This document shows, piece after piece, positions 11,301-24,492 of a stretch of 64,000 nt of DNA (positions within the stretch are counted from its first letter, which is position 1; each line of letters opens with the position of its first letter). The position numbers and the translations under genes were made by a program. The notes under the pieces were generated by a model. It searched no databases and was not told the DNA's origin. It saw only the letters and a list, made by a program, of their open reading frames with translations. This DNA is from the human T2T-CHM13v2.0 reference genome, Homo sapiens: the NCBI RefSeq assembly GCF_009914755.1, contig NC_060926.1. The stretch is one strand, 5' to 3'.

Positions 11301-11762
11301 ACGTTGCTGTCTGAATGTACTTTTTTTCTTTAAAACAGGCCCTTACTTGATCAAGTAGGATCAGCCTAGAGATGAAGAGAGCTGTCAGTTAGAAGTTCCC
11401 TTGGTCTTCTCACTGTCTGCTTTGTTTAAATTATTTCCTGTTCCATTGTTCTTCCTTTTGACTTTGTTGTTTCTTACCCCTCTCTTCCTGTGCTGTTTCT
11501 AGGATAAACACGAAATCATCACTTTGCATAATTTTGAGCTTTCCTTGGTGGAGATAGTTAAAAGTACAATCAATCTTTCCCTTTCTTCAGTCATCCTATC
11601 TCATATGGACTGAGAAAGACCTGTGAGAAATTAATAGTAATTCTTTGCACAGACTGGAAAGTTCTGAAGTTGCAACTTTGGAACGATGTGTGTTTCTCTT
11701 ATTACTTGCACACCTTGTATCATTTGATTCTAACTTTGTCAGGTAGAGGGAGGCCAGTGTTG

Positions 11763-11880
11763 TTAATTATCCCTTTTTTAGATGAGGAAAGTGTGGGTCC
11801 CTCACCAGGGCACACTGACTGGCCCACTGGGGTCCTGTGGTGAGTGGCCATGGGGGAATGTCAGGCCCAAGCAGTGTGGT
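11763..11880 (-). mobile_element. MIR fragment
   Basis: TTATCCCTTTTTTAGATGAGGAAAGTG core. Confidence 0.5.
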
Positions 11881-12046
11881 ATGTGGGATGGCCCAGCTCC
11901 AGAGCAGCAGGTCCTGGACTTCATTCTGGCTTTGTATTGATGTTACTGAAGTCCCCTCGTCCCTCAAAACATTTGCCTTCACGCAGTGACTGCTTGGCTT
12001 TCCATTACAATGGGAGCTGGATTCAAACAGTATCATTCTGAACTTT

Positions 12047-12338
12047 TTATTTTTTGAGACGGAGTTTCGCTCTTGTCACCCAGGCTGGAGTGCAATGGCA
12101 CGATCTTGGCTCATCACAACCTCCCCCCTCCTGGGTTCAAGTGATTCTCCTGCGTCAGCCTCCCGAGTAGCTGGGATTACAGGCATACACCACCATGCCC
12201 GGCTGATTTTGTATTTTTAGTAGAGATGGGGTTTCTTCATGTTGGTCAGGTTGGTCTTGAACTCCTGACCTCGGGTGATCTGCCTGCCTCGGCCTCCCAG
12301 AGTGCTGGGATTACAAGTGTGAGCCACCGCGCCTGGCC
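12047..12338 (-). mobile_element. AluS (Sp/Sq-like)
   Basis: Full dimer; GGAGTTTCGCTCTTGT and GTGCAATGG diagnostics; TSD CATTCTGAACTTT at 12034 and 12340. Confidence 0.96.
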
Positions 12339-13630
12339 CCATTCTGAACTTTATTAATGGCTCATGTAAATCTGAACTTCAACAATCTTGATTCTTACGA
12401 GGAATAGAGATGAGTCTCCTTTTCCTTTGCTACTAATTTGGCTAAAATTGCATAGCGAAGTTTTAAACTCTCCTGACCTCTGTTTTGTCTTCTGTGAAAC
12501 TAGGGGTTGCCTGTAATGTACTTTCACAACCTTTTATAGCCCCAACTTTCGCTGTGTTAAAATTGAGATGGGACAGGTCCTTGATTATTAGGGATTTTTT
12601 TTTCTTCAAAGTGGCATGGGATGAACTGATCTATGTGTAAATTGATGTTGCTGTTGCTTTTCTCTGAGTGTAGTTAGGAGGGCTGGAAGTATATGGGTGC
12701 AGAGATGTAGAAAGGCTACGTTGTTCATCCTGCCACCGACAGGTCAGACTGTTCTCCTGGCTATGTTTTCACTCAGTTGTGTACCTGCAGTTCATACCTA
12801 CATAGGACCAGCCATGGGCCAGGCACTGTGCTGGGTGCCGTGGGAAAACCACAGCAAACCAGACAAACACCAGCCTTTGGGGAGCCTGTAAACCAGTGTG
12901 GAGATCTTACAAGCTCACAGTCCACTGTAATCTTAATTAACAAGTATGGAAAATAACTTTCGCCATCTCTGGGTGGGGGAAGCACATATGGGAAGTCCCC
13001 CTCTAACCTCTAACCCAACCCCCAAGGCCAGGCAGAATTCATTTGAAGCATTCTGGAGGATAATATTTTCTTCAAGATCCTCAGAAGCTCTTCAGTGCAC
13101 AGGCAACTCCCAGATACTGGAATTGTCACCTGAGCTGAGACATTCCACATGCCAGTTGTAAGCCAGGTCTCCACCACAGCTGGGGTGAATGAAGCACCTC
13201 TATTCTCTCATGCCAGGGTGGGTGTTATTATTCCAGGGCCTGGATGAAGCTCAGTTAGTTTGCTTAGGATGAACACATGATTTGTGGGTCAATTTTCAGG
13301 TAATGTGAACTCTACTTACATGTTGTTTATTGCTTGAGAGCTTTATCTCTTAAAAATGAGTTAAACTACTTGGCGCTTTGAGTGGAATGCAGGTCTCAGG
13401 TAGCACACTAATACTTCCTTATTTTTTTTTAATTGATAATGGCATAAAGCCATTATGCCATCACATTTGATATAGAGATGTAAGTAATTGAATCACATTA
13501 CTTCTCTTGGATTAGTAATGAATATTGCACATCAATCCTGTGCACACATTTTACAGGTTTGTTTTATCCTATTGATGGTTTCATTTGAACTGTGTTTGGA
13601 AATTTAGTTTATTTCTTACTCCATTGTAGA

Positions 13631-13945
13631 TGTTTGTTTTTGTTGTTTTTGTTTTTTTTTTTTTTTGAGACAGAGTCTCGCTCTGTCACCCATGCTGGAG
13701 TGCAGTCGCTTGATCTCGGCTCACTGCAACCTCTGTCCCCGGGTTCAAGCAGTTCTTCTGCCTCAGCCTCTCGAGTAGCTGGTACTACAGGTGCGTACCA
13801 CCATGCCCGGCTAATTTTCGTATTTTTAGTAGAGACGGGGTTTCACCATATTGGCCAGGCTGGTCTTGAACTCCTGACCTCGTGATCCACCCGCCTCAGC
13901 CTCCCAAAGTGCTGGGATGACAGGTTTGAGCCACTGAGCCCGTCC
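13631..13945 (-). mobile_element. AluS (Sg-like)
   Basis: Full dimer with long T-rich tail; GACCTCGTGATCC. Confidence 0.95.
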
Positions 13946-14751
13946 CGTTTTTGTATTTTTTAAATGCAGTGTTTGAAATTCTTGACTTCTACACAGTAGT
14001 CAAGACTGATACTTCTACCCAGTACCCAAATTACTGTACTGCTCTGACAGTAAGTTGTTACAAAACTATTTTCCAAAGGTTGGAACTGATTTCAGGGTTT
14101 ACATTTAAGCTTTGTTTAACATCTGAAACTGAATTAATGCTAGCATTCAAAACTAGTAAAATCATTATTAGTGATTCGTCCTCTATTTGACACTGAACCA
14201 GCAGACATTTCCCTTAGCTTTTGGTGACATGGATTAAAGTAAAATGGTTTTGGTGATTTACTATAGTTAATTAGTGATAGACTATAATTAATGCTTAGTG
14301 TTTTGAATGAACTTAATTTGCAAATAATGATAATTTAAGATCTGAGTTTGATAAAATTTTAAAGGTTGATCGAATACCTAGATTCCTGGTTCTTGGGCCT
14401 TCAGAAGGAGAGAATTTCACGTGTTAAGTCCTTATTTGGTCTTATTCAAGGGAGCAAGATTTTTTGTTTGTTTATAAACACATGCAGTATATCGTTTTAC
14501 GTATTCAAGTACACATAGTACGTTCTCTGGGGAAAGCAGAAAATTGTATTGCATTTCAGCCATGTAATACCCTCACGTTCGTGTATTAAGCTGATCAATA
14601 GGGGTATTTATTTCCTTTTGTTGAGCACAGTGTTTTAACGTTTCCAAAGTGTAATTTGTTATTGTTGAAAGTCAACCATGTTACCCTATGCATACAGGCT
14701 TTTATATAATATTACACATAAAAACATATGGTATATATTTTTAAGTAAGCG

Positions 14752-15430
14752 CTTAATTTTAGAATAGATTTTAAATTTACAGAAAAAGTTTCAAAGATAA
14801 TACAGAGAATTCTGATATAAACTGTGTCTACTTTCCCCTGTGATTCACATCTTACGTTACTATAGTACATTGGTTACATCTAATGAACCAGTATTGGTAC
14901 ATTATTGTTAAGTCCATAGTTTATTTGCCCTGACATCCTTTTTCTGTCCCAGGATCCCATCCAGGGCACGTTTCCTTTAGTCTCCGTAGTGCCTCTGATC
15001 TGGGACAGTTTCTTAGACTCGCCGTGTTTTTAATGGCTTGACAGCTTTGAGGAGCAAAACTGCTTTTCAGGTGTTTTGTAGACTGTCCCTCAGTTGAGAG
15101 TTGTCAGATGTTTTTTCATGATTAGTGTAGAGTTACCGGTTTGGGGAGGAAGGCCACCGAGGTAATGTGCCATTTTGTATCAAGGGTCCATGTGATCAGC
15201 GTGGCTTATGATGGTTGATGTTGATCTTGATCACCTGGCCCAGGTAGTGTTTGTCAGGGGACTCCACTGTCAAGTGACTCCACTGTCAAGTGACTCTTTT
15301 CCCTTCTTTCCATACTGCTGCAGTCTTTGGAAGGAGGTCATTTAAGGAAGAGGGAGTTCAGCTGTACCTCCTGTAGGGGTTGTATTTACATTAGTTATTT
15401 AGAATTCTATCTGACAGATTTATCTATTCT
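14752..15430 (-). mobile_element. L1MC/MD-type 3' UTR fragment
   Basis: TTTAAATTTACAGAAAAAG...CTGTCCCAGGATCCCATCCAGG...GACAGTTTCTTAGACT; 16-bp tandem duplication at 15260-15291. Confidence 0.75.
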
Positions 15431-15530
15431 CCCAAAAGGGACCAAGATTTTCAGTGGGGATAGAAGGCACTGTGGCACAGACAGCCCCTTGGCACTGTTG
15501 CGGAGGAGGTGATAGGATAGGATGGTGCCC

Positions 15531-15688
15531 CAGCATGGGGTTTCCAGAATGTGGTCCTGGGCTGTGGAGAAATGCAAATTCCGGGGAACTGCCTGACTTC
15601 CCGCGTGGGATAGGTTGGTCTGGAATTCTTCCTGTTGCACGAGTTCCCCAGGTGATTCTGATGCATATTCAAAGTTGAGAGCCTCTGC
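15531..15688 (+). mobile_element. MER5-like hAT DNA transposon
   Basis: AGAAATGCAAATTC and CCCCAGGTGATTCTGATGCATATTCAAAGTTGAGAGCCTCTG. Confidence 0.6.
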
Positions 15689-16833
15689 TGTGGATTAGCA
15701 CTTGAACCCCAGGTGTGCCGGCCAGGAGTCAGGCCCTCACCTCCATCCTTGCCATTCACACCTCTTCCCTGCTGGTGGCACCTAGCTCTAAGGCTCCCCG
15801 TGTAACCACTTCTCCCACAGTTTTGACCACCTCTTGGATCTCTCCATCTGAGGCTCCCTTTGTATCAACCAAACGTCTTTGCTTTCTGGATAACTTCATC
15901 CTTCTTTTGGTGGGCCCAGAGTTCCAGTGAAGGGAGAAACCAGTTACAGCTGAGAACCCTATTGTGGAAAGGCCAGTCAGGGCCAGAGTAGGGAGGTCCC
16001 TAGATGCCAGGCTTCTCTGAAAATGGTTTTGTCACATGTGAGAGAGAGAGAGAGGCAGAGACACCGAGACCCCACGTGGACTGTGTTCAGGTTTGAGCAA
16101 ATAAAAAATCACCGAAAAATCTTCATAGTTTCTACATGTGTCATGCCTTGCGCTTTGGGACACCCCTAGCTCTTGGGCACATTCCCTGGTTGAAGTGGGA
16201 GGGCAGTGGCCTGAAGAAGTTTCTTTGGGATTGGGATCTGGGTGGCCCTCATCCTGCTTCCGCCTGAGGAAGCCCTGGTCTGTGACTGGGCTCAGGAAGT
16301 GGTCCCGACCCAGTGTCTGAGGAAGGCATTCTCCTCTCATAGATGGGGGCCAGAGTCTGCTGTGAGGCCATGCTGGTGTGCCTGCCCGCCCACCCTACTG
16401 GGCCTCTTCTGGGCAGCAGGGTTGTGCCCTACCCGGGTGCTGGGAGGTTTGGGTGTGTATGGGAGCGGTGGTATGGACGGGGCAGGCGTTGGCTCAGAAG
16501 CTGGCGTGGGGAGGGTCTTGAAGTGGTCATTTTAACTCCTGGCTGACTGACTTCCAGAGAATCTTTTTTTGGGAGGGAGAAGAGTGGCTCACCTTTCTCT
16601 TGGGTACAGAAAAAGTCAGAATTAAGGCCATTAGCCTGTTTCTCTTTCTGGTCACTGCCTTCTCCCTCCTAGTGATGGGACGATTCCAGGCTTGGGTGGA
16701 AGGCCAGGTGGGGGGACACTACTTCCTGCTCCACCCTTCCCAAACCATTATACACAGATGAGAGAGACTCTGTTGTATTCATTCACATAGATATAATTTA
16801 TAATAATGCATTTTGTTTATTAAAAAATGACTG

Positions 16834-17124
16834 GGCCAGGCAGAGTGGCTCATAGTGGCTCATGCCTGTAATCCCAGCACTTTGGGAGGCTCAGGTGGGA
16901 GGATTGCTTGAGCCCAGGAGTTCAAGACCAGCCTGGGCAACATGGCGAAACCCTGTCTCTACAAGAAATACAAAAAAATGAGCTGGGTATGGTGGCAAGT
17001 GCCTGTAGTCCCAGCTACTTAGGAGACTGAGGCAGGAGGATCACTTGAGCCTGGGAGGTCCAGGCTGCAGTGAGCCGTGATCAGGCCCCTGTACTCCAGC
17101 CTATATGACAGTGAGACCAAAAAA
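16834..17124 (+). mobile_element. AluJ
   Basis: GGAGGATTGCTTGAGCCCAGGAGTTC and GAGGATCACTTGAGCCTGGGAGGTC J-type features; TSD about AAAAAA(T)GACTG. Confidence 0.94.
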
Positions 17125-18160
17125 GACTGAATACAGACATGTGCGCTGACCCTTTTGAACATTATTTTCTTTTCAATCTCTGCCTCTGTGTTACAGTTTA
17201 TGTTTTCTCTTTTGTCCTGCGGATTTTTGATACATTTTAAAAATATCTTGTCCTTTTTCTAAGTTTTTGCGTTGACTACAGTTGCAAGTGTGGGTTTTGG
17301 TGGCTTTCTGTAGATGAATCACTTGACCTGAAAACAAGGACTTTCGCTTTGCTAGAAAATTAAGGACAGAGTTTGTGGAATGCACTGCTCTTGGGTTTTC
17401 CTTAGAAGAAGCTTGTGAGAAGCACAGTTTCTGTGCGTAAGAGTGGGCTTAAACCAGGTGATCTCCGAAGATTTCCTTCAACTCTCAAGTTGAAAGAGGC
17501 CTTGCCGAGGAAACAGGCAGCTAATGGGCAGAGCATCAAACCAGGGGGGGTCTAGGTCCAGGCCCGGGCGCTTCCTGCTGTCAGACTGCCTCCTCACATC
17601 AGCAGGCATTCCTGGGATTCACAGCAACAAAAGAGCCCTCTGCTTTGAAAGGGGTTCAGTCTGTCTCTTCTGTAGTCTGGACTCTGGAATCTAGAGATTC
17701 GCTGAAGCTCATGTCCCAGGGTCTTGACGTAGTGTGAAGTTCTGAGTGATTTCCTAAAGACGGTGTCCTGAACCATGGGCCTGTGGTGGTGAGTGCATGG
17801 AGGATATCTGTGAACTTTGGGGTGGGAAAAAACATCCTTATTTCCACCAGCTTTTCACTGAAATTCAGTATTTCCTTCCTGCATGAATGTAGGTAGCACA
17901 GCCCATAGCATTTACAGTCATCAGAGAAATGGTCACTATTTTCCTGTTACATAATAGTGATGCACGTGTGTTGAAAGAGTGACTGCTTTTATCATTGCTC
18001 TCAAATTATGGTTGTTATTAGCACTGCTGCTACCCTCTCGTTTGGTGTGTTAATAAGGAAATACGTAGATTACTATGTCTCAAGTTTGTTTTTAAGTAAT
18101 ATATTAATAACTGTGTTCCACATAGTTGCATAAAATGAAAATCACTTAAAAGCAACCTGA

Positions 18161-18461
18161 GGCCAGGCGCAGTGGCTCACGCCTGTAATCCTAGCACTTT
18201 GGGAGGCCGACGTAGGCGGATTGCCTGAGCTCAGGAGTTCGAAACCAGCCTGGGCAACACAGTGAAACCCCGTCTCTACTAAAGAATACAAAAGAATTAG
18301 CCAGGCGTGGTGGTATGTGCCTGTAGTCCCAGCTACTCAGGAGGCTGAGTCAGGAGAATTGCTTGAACCCAGAAGGCAGAGGTTGCAGTGAGCCGAGATC
18401 ATGCCACCGCACTCCAGCCTGGGCGACAGAACGAGACTCTTGTCTCCAAAAAAAACAAAAC
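18161..18461 (+). mobile_element. AluSx-type
   Basis: Full dimer; TSD AAAAGCA(A/C)CCTGA at 18148 and 18462. Confidence 0.96.
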
Positions 18462-19200
18462 AAAAGCACCCTGAGGAGGAGTACCTAGCCCTCACCATTC
18501 TGCCAAGGGGAGAGCGGGACCTCGCCAGGGACCAGGTGTCACTGCGTCCTCTGATGACCGAGCTGCTGGGACCGAGGCTGCTGGCCAGAGACAGTCTACA
18601 CAGGCATTGCAGAAAAGTAGCTCAATTTTGCTGCCTAACAGAACTCTTTCCAGTCATGCAGTAACGACAAAACATGCCCCAAGTGGGTAAAATGAAAACC
18701 TGTTCTCAAAAGAGAATATAGAAAGAATTTTATTTAAATTGGATAAAAGCCTAGTTGTTGTTTTTATAAATTTTATTTAATTAAGTTGTCACAGTGGGAA
18801 ATATTCAATTTGTTAGTTGAAAAAAATGTAAAATTGTGTTCTGGGATCTGTGATTATTTACTGTTACAGCAGTGGGGTTGGGGTTGGGTTGTGCATTGGG
18901 AACTTAGGGGTTTATAATAACTTCCAGTATCAGGACAGTGTAAATGACTTAAAATCTCTTGTGTGAAAAAGTTTGACTTTCTGATTCTCAGCCGTGTTGT
19001 GGCAAAATGGTCCCTGGAGTTTTTGACCCTGTGTTTAAAGAAATATGCTATAAAATAAAAAATAATTTGGAAGAAGAATTGGCTCAGACATTACTTTCAT
19101 TGTGCCTTCTTGCATGTGGAACTATAAATACCAGCTGCTAGAAGTTCCCTTACGATGATGGACTGTGTGAAGGTACATTCTTAAAGTATTCATGTGTCAA

Positions 19201-19370
19201 TAATAATAGCTGATATTTATTGAGCACTTAACGTGGCTGAGCATTTCATATGTGTTGCCTAATTTAGTCCTCTCTACAACCCCACGAGGCTGCCCTCAGC
19301 CCCGTTTAACAGATGAGGTAGCTGAGATGGAGAAGCTAAGCAATTTGTCCGAGTGCTAGTCCTGGCAGCT
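19201..19370 (-). mobile_element. MIR
   Basis: TAATAATAGCTGATATTTATTGAGCACTTA and CAGATGAGGTAGCTGAG core. Confidence 0.7.
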
Positions 19371-20079
19371 TCGCTTTGCAGAGCTTTCACGTGGGTGCAT
19401 GCTGTTTGCACGCCTGTGCAGTGATCCTTGGTGTGGGCCACAGCCTTGACCCTGCAGCACCTGCTGGCCTTCAGCACCTGTGGCACCACAGCCTTGACCC
19501 TTCAGCACCTTTGCATCCGCACCCTGCAGGTTAAGGAGAGCCTGTGGGCAGACATCCCACATTCTTAATTATTTTAGCCCCACAGCTCGAGTGGAAATGC
19601 TTCCTTCTGCAGGGCTGTCTGAGCTCCACATGTTTATCGCCGGCCACCCTCCTAGGACTGCATCCCTGCAGGAGCCTGCAGCCTGCTCTGCTTCGAGGCT
19701 CAGCCACAAAGCTGCCTCAAAACCTGATGGCCTGCCTCATCTGACTGAGACAGGTGAGCAGGAGGCAGAATGATACTGGTCACTTGGCTCTGGTCTTCCC
19801 AGGTGGGGTTTCAGCAGTACCAGGTAAAAAGATCTCAAAGTGCAAACCAAACACACAGCTGCTTTATGGAGACCTAGATTCCTGAGATGTATTTTTCTGG
19901 CATTGCTTTTTCTTGGTGTGAATTTACTTTTAAAGATAGAGATAATATACTGACTCTTAAGCATAGTTTTTGAAAAGCGAGATGCTTCCTGTAATCTCAC
20001 CATCCTGAAAGAGAAACTTTTCATATTTGCAGCTCATCCTTGTAAGTATTTATAACTTTTGTATAATTTTCTATTCTTC

Positions 20080-20415
20080 TCACTCTGAATATTTTTTCCA
20101 CTTTACTAGTTTTTCAAATCCTTTTTTTCCATGTTGTGTGATATCCCATGGAGTTGAAAGCGCCACACTTGCATAAGTAGTGTGCTCATTTGGACATCTA
20201 AATTTTTGCTCCTGTAGACAAGGTGCCTGTGTACGTCTCTGGGTATATTTCTCTTCTTCAGTGGAACCATTTTTTTTTTTTAGTGTAAATTCCTTGGAGA
20301 GGCATTGCAGAGTTACATGGTATGGACATCTTTATGGCTCTTGATGCATCTTGCCATAACGCCCTTACAAAGGGTTATGCCAGTTTTCAGTAGTGTGGAA
20401 GTATCAATTTCACCC
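20080..20415 (-). mobile_element. Old L1 (L1ME-like) fragment
   Basis: TAAATTCCTTGGAGAGGCATTGCAGAGTTACATGGTATGGACATCTT...TTGCCATAACGCCCTTACAAAGGG. Confidence 0.55.
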
Positions 20416-21031
20416 AAATAATACTGCTTTTGAAAGTCAGTGTAAATGGTCCCTCCATAAAGGCATTTTGGATTGATCTATTCTAGAGGACCGTGTCTCA
20501 GAGTGATGATAAAACAGTGTCACTGCTGTTTTGAAAACAAATTGACGAGAATTTGTACATACTGTGACTACCATGTCCTTTTAAAACAGGCTGACTTTAA
20601 AATGGCCCTTGAATTTCAGGGACTCTGCCAGTAGTGCTCACGGATTTAGCATTCCATCATGGTCATCCTGAGGCCGGCCCCACGGCCAGTTCTTGGCTTT
20701 TCCTTTCGAGCTGGTGGTCCCTTCTTTGAAGGGACTCCCTAATGGCAGATGGAACATTCTCAGCCATGGTATGACTTTTCCCTTTAAGGGTGACTTTAGT
20801 TTTTGTTAGACTGTTCTGTGGGGACTTGTTTGGGGCATGATGTCAGTGACAGGGCTGGATTATCGTATTTTTGGTCGCTGGCTAAAACAGAGACAGAGGT
20901 AGTGGGTAGTGGGTTTTTTTTTTAATTACTAATATGTTCCTTAAAGACATTTTCAGAAACAGTTGCAAATATTTTAGATTTTCACACCCGTAACAGGCAG
21001 ATAGCCTCCCACAGATACAGCTTAGAATAGG

Positions 21032-21034
<3 letters not shown>

Positions 21035-21066
<32 letters not shown>

Positions 21067-21080
21067 TGTGTGTGTGTGTG
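21035..21080 (+). repeat. (TG)15 TC (TG)7 microsatellite
   Basis: Direct count. Confidence 0.96.
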
Positions 21081-21144
21081 TAAGTCTGTGGAGGTATGTG
21101 TGTTAGCTGTCTTTCATTATATAAAAAATTAAGAGTCTAGGTAA

Positions 21145-21236
21145 GCCACACCCAAACTCCAGACCCACAGAGACAATAAATATGTGGGTGTAAGCTGCTG
21201 AATTTGCAGTGACTTGTTACATGGCAGCAGGTGACG
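21145..21236 (+). mobile_element. MLT1 LTR 3' fragment
   Basis: CCCAAACTCCAGACCCACAGAGACAATAAAT...TAAGCTGCTGAATTTGCAGTGACTTGTTACATGGCAG. Confidence 0.6.
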
Positions 21237-21580
21237 CTTAACACTGCACAGGTATGACCAGTTCCTGGTACTCTGGCCCAGACTTTGCTTCCTGCCAAGC
21301 AGGACTCCCTGACATTGCTACCATGGATAGTAGAAATCGCTTTATACTGTTCCCTTCAAGAGTGTTAAAGGAAACAAAAGAATGAGGGGAGGCGCAGGTG
21401 GGGCTGAGTGGGGAAGTGGGGCCTAGGAAGCACATTCTGGTAGCAGGAGAGCCCGGGAATGTGGGGACTTCCCACCTGGGAAAGTCTGTGTTCTGCATGG
21501 CTCTGGGAGGGCCTGGAAGGTGGGGAGAACCTGATGTATTTCTTTCTCCTTCTCTCACCTCTTTTAGGTTTTCTTTTTCT

Positions 21581-21872
21581 TCTTCTATTTAGGAATGGGG
21601 CCTTGCTCTGTTGCCCAGGCTGGAGTGCAGTGCCGCCATCATGGCTCACTGTGGCCTCGACCTCCTGAGCTCAAGCAATCCTCCCACCTCAGTCACCTGA
21701 GTAGCTGAGACTACAGGCATACACCAGCCCCAGTGAAGTTTTTAATTTTTGTTGTAGAGATGGAGTCTCACTGTGTTGCCTAGGCTGGTCTGAAACCCCT
21801 GGCCTTAAGGGATCCTCCCACCTCAGCCTCCCAAAATGTAGGGATTACAGACTTGAGCCACTGTGCCTGGCC
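21581..21872 (-). mobile_element. AluJ
   Basis: Full dimer; exact 16-bp TSD TAGGTTTTCTTTTTCT at 21565 and 21873. Confidence 0.95.
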
Positions 21873-22729
21873 TAGGTTTTCTTTTTCTCCACTGCTTTGT
21901 ATCTGTTGACTTGTCACCTTTCAGGGTAGTCTGTGAGGGAGAATCCTGGCGGGGGCGGGGTCTGCAGGTGAACATCGAACCAGCCCTGGCTCTGTCCCCA
22001 GACCTTTCCTTTACTCGGCTATCCCTCCATCTTGTGGGCATGCAGGATTTTCGTTCCCTCCAAACTATTTCCATCTGTAGTGAGTAGTGTTAGTTTGACT
22101 TACAAATTAATATTTAAGCCATCAAATTAGTTTAGTAACTGGCTGGAGGCTTCTGGCTCCGTCTTCCTGCTGCCTGTGCAGTGTTGGTGAAACTCAGGAG
22201 TGAAGAGAAGATGTGAAGAGACACGCTTGGGAGGAACTCTTCTCACCTGAGGACACCTGCCCAGGTGTGTCACACCTACTCTTATGGTCAGCTACTCGTA
22301 TGGTCAGCCAGGTTCAGGCCCACACACACCAGTGCTGGGTTCCTGGTGCCTGCTTATCTCTCTGGAGCCAGGGAGGCTCCGACCTGGAAGCCTGGACCCC
22401 CGTCTGTGTTTATCTCATAGATACCATTCCATATTCCCAGGTATATGCTTGTAATGTTATTCATGTCACACATACATGTCATGTCATTGAACCAAATGCA
22501 ATTTGCTGTTAATGTAATACTGCTCGTGACGTGGCCTACTTGGATGTCTGATATGAGCTTAGAAGCCTAACAGGAAGTTCACCTGCAAAATTGGACCCTC
22601 CCTATTCCCTTGTTTCCACAATAACCTAGTTAGTATTTTGTGAAAGGTGTTCTTTATAAGTGTTACATTCTGGTGCACTGATGATACAGTAATTGATTTA
22701 GGAATATCTGTTACTCTTTGTGGTTACAG

Positions 22730-22936
22730 TAGAGGTTGGCAAAGTGGCCCATGGACCAAATCCAGTTCACCTGTTTGGGTGTGAATACAGTTTTATTAGA
22801 ACCCAGCTGGGCTCATTCATTTCCACAGCATCTGTGGCTGCCCCATGTTGCAACAGCAGAATTGAGGAATTGTGACTATGTGGCCCACAAAGCCTGAAAT
22901 ATCAGGCCTTTTCCAGAAGAAGAACCGCAGCCCCTA
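22730..22936 (+). mobile_element. MER58A-like hAT-Charlie
   Basis: AGAGGTTGGCAAA...AGTTTTATTAGAACCCAGC...TGGCCCACAAAGCCTGAAATAT...CCCCT. Confidence 0.8.
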
Positions 22937-23135
22937 GTGTGCAGCAAGGAACAGAAATCAGGAGAGCTGCATTGGAGTCCCTGCTTTGTCCCTTTATTGG
23001 CGCGAGGTTTGAGGTTTCCGTGCCCGCACCTGGGAAAGGAGGAGGAGGATACCCATTGTCTCAGGGGATTGCTAGCATGAAATTGTGGGACATACTGGGT
23101 GGTTCCCAGCACTTAATATGCACTTAATAAATACT
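22937..23135 (+). mobile_element. MIR (degenerate)
   Basis: 3' end CCCAGCACTTAATATGCACTTAATAAATA; weak core. Confidence 0.45.
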
Positions 23136-23268
23136 AATTCCTTCCCTCTCTATTACTCACATCCCCGGCTCTCATCCTTAAGTAGTTGCTGTCTTTCTAC
23201 ATGTGAAAAATTTGAGACAAAAAAATGGACATCAGTACTTGTGTTTTCAGAAATGAAGACATCTCAAG

Positions 23269-23559
23269 CAGCACTGTCCAGCAGAAATAGAACATAAGCT
23301 GCCAGTGTGTGCTAGATGTGTAACTTCACCTCTCCCAGTAACCACATGAAAAAGGCTACAAATTTTAAGTCTTCTGTAGTCCAACATAACCAAAATATTT
23401 CAACATATACTCAAATAATTGCTAATGCCATTCATTTGCTTTCTTTGCCTGTCTGTAGAGTCCAGTGTGTGTTTGCCCTCACAGCAAGACATAGCTGGAC
23501 TCACCACCCCTTGAGTGCTCAGTGGCCGCGTGTGGCCGGTGGCTGTGTTATCAAACAGG
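23269..23559 (+). mobile_element. MER33-like hAT-Charlie
   Basis: CAGCACTGTCCAGCAGAAATA start; TGAGTGCTCAGTGGCCGCGTGTGGCCGGTGGCT near the end. Confidence 0.72.
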
Positions 23560-24492
23560 TCTCTGATTCTCTGACACCACCTAGGTGTCCCCTAATTTGG
23601 TTCAGTTCTGACACTAGCTTTTCAGGGTTCGTGCCGGCCTCACAAGTTTTGAGGGCTAAGTCCCACAAGACCATCCCCATTTCCGTCACCAGTTGCATGT
23701 CCTAAGCCACCTGTACTTCTGATCAACTGGCTGTAAATTGGGGTTCCCATGACCTCACTTCAGGTTCCATAATTTGCCAGGACAACTCACAGAACTCAGA
23801 AAGGCACTTTGCTTATTGTTAGTGGTTCCTATAAAGCTAGGTTGTCCAACCCGCGGTCCAGGATGGCTTTGAATACGGCCCAACACAAATACTTAAACTT
23901 TCTTAAAACATGATGAGTTTTTTTTGAAGTTTTCTTTTTCTCATCAGCTGCAGTTAATGTTAGTGTATTTTATGTATGGCCCAAGATGATTCTTACAGTG
24001 TGTGTGGCCCAGGGAAGCCAAAAGATTGGACACCCCTGTTTTAAAGGATGCAACTTAGGAACAGCCCAAAGGAAGTGACACACGGGACGAGGGGTGGGAG
24101 TCCCCATGCCCCCTGGGGGAGACACCTCCTAGTGCACCATCCCAATGAGTTCATGACGTGGAGGCTCCCCACATCCCATTTTTCAAGAGTTTTTGCAGCC
24201 CAGTCTCCTGGCCCCCCACCCCTCCCAGAGGTTGGGGTGTAGGGGGTGCAGAAAGTTCCCACTCTCTAATCACATGTTTTGTCTTTCTGGCAATGACCAG
24301 CTCCCCTCCAGGCTATCTAGGGGCACCCCCCAACCCCACTGGTCACCTCATTAGCATAAGCTCAGGTGTGGTGCACTGGGGCTCTCTATGAATCACTAAG
24401 GGCACTCTTGTTGCTCAGTAAATACCAAGGGCTTTAGGAGCTCTATGCCAGAAACCAGGGACCAAGACCAGAGATCTTTTTTATTATCCACC
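23560..24492 (-). mobile_element. MER21B/C-like LTR, split by MER30
   Basis: GGGCTAAGTCCCACAAGACC, CTCACAGAACTCAG, GTCACCTCATTAGCATAAGCTCAGGTGTGG and TTTAGGAGCTCTATGCCAGAAACC match the remembered MER21 consensus; strand assignment less certain. Confidence 0.8.
23837..24038 (-). mobile_element. MER30 hAT DNA transposon nested in MER21
   Basis: Ends TTGTCCAACCCGCGG and GGGAAGCCAAAAGATTGGACACCCCTG; 8-bp TSD CTATAAAG/TTTTAAAG. Confidence 0.88.
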
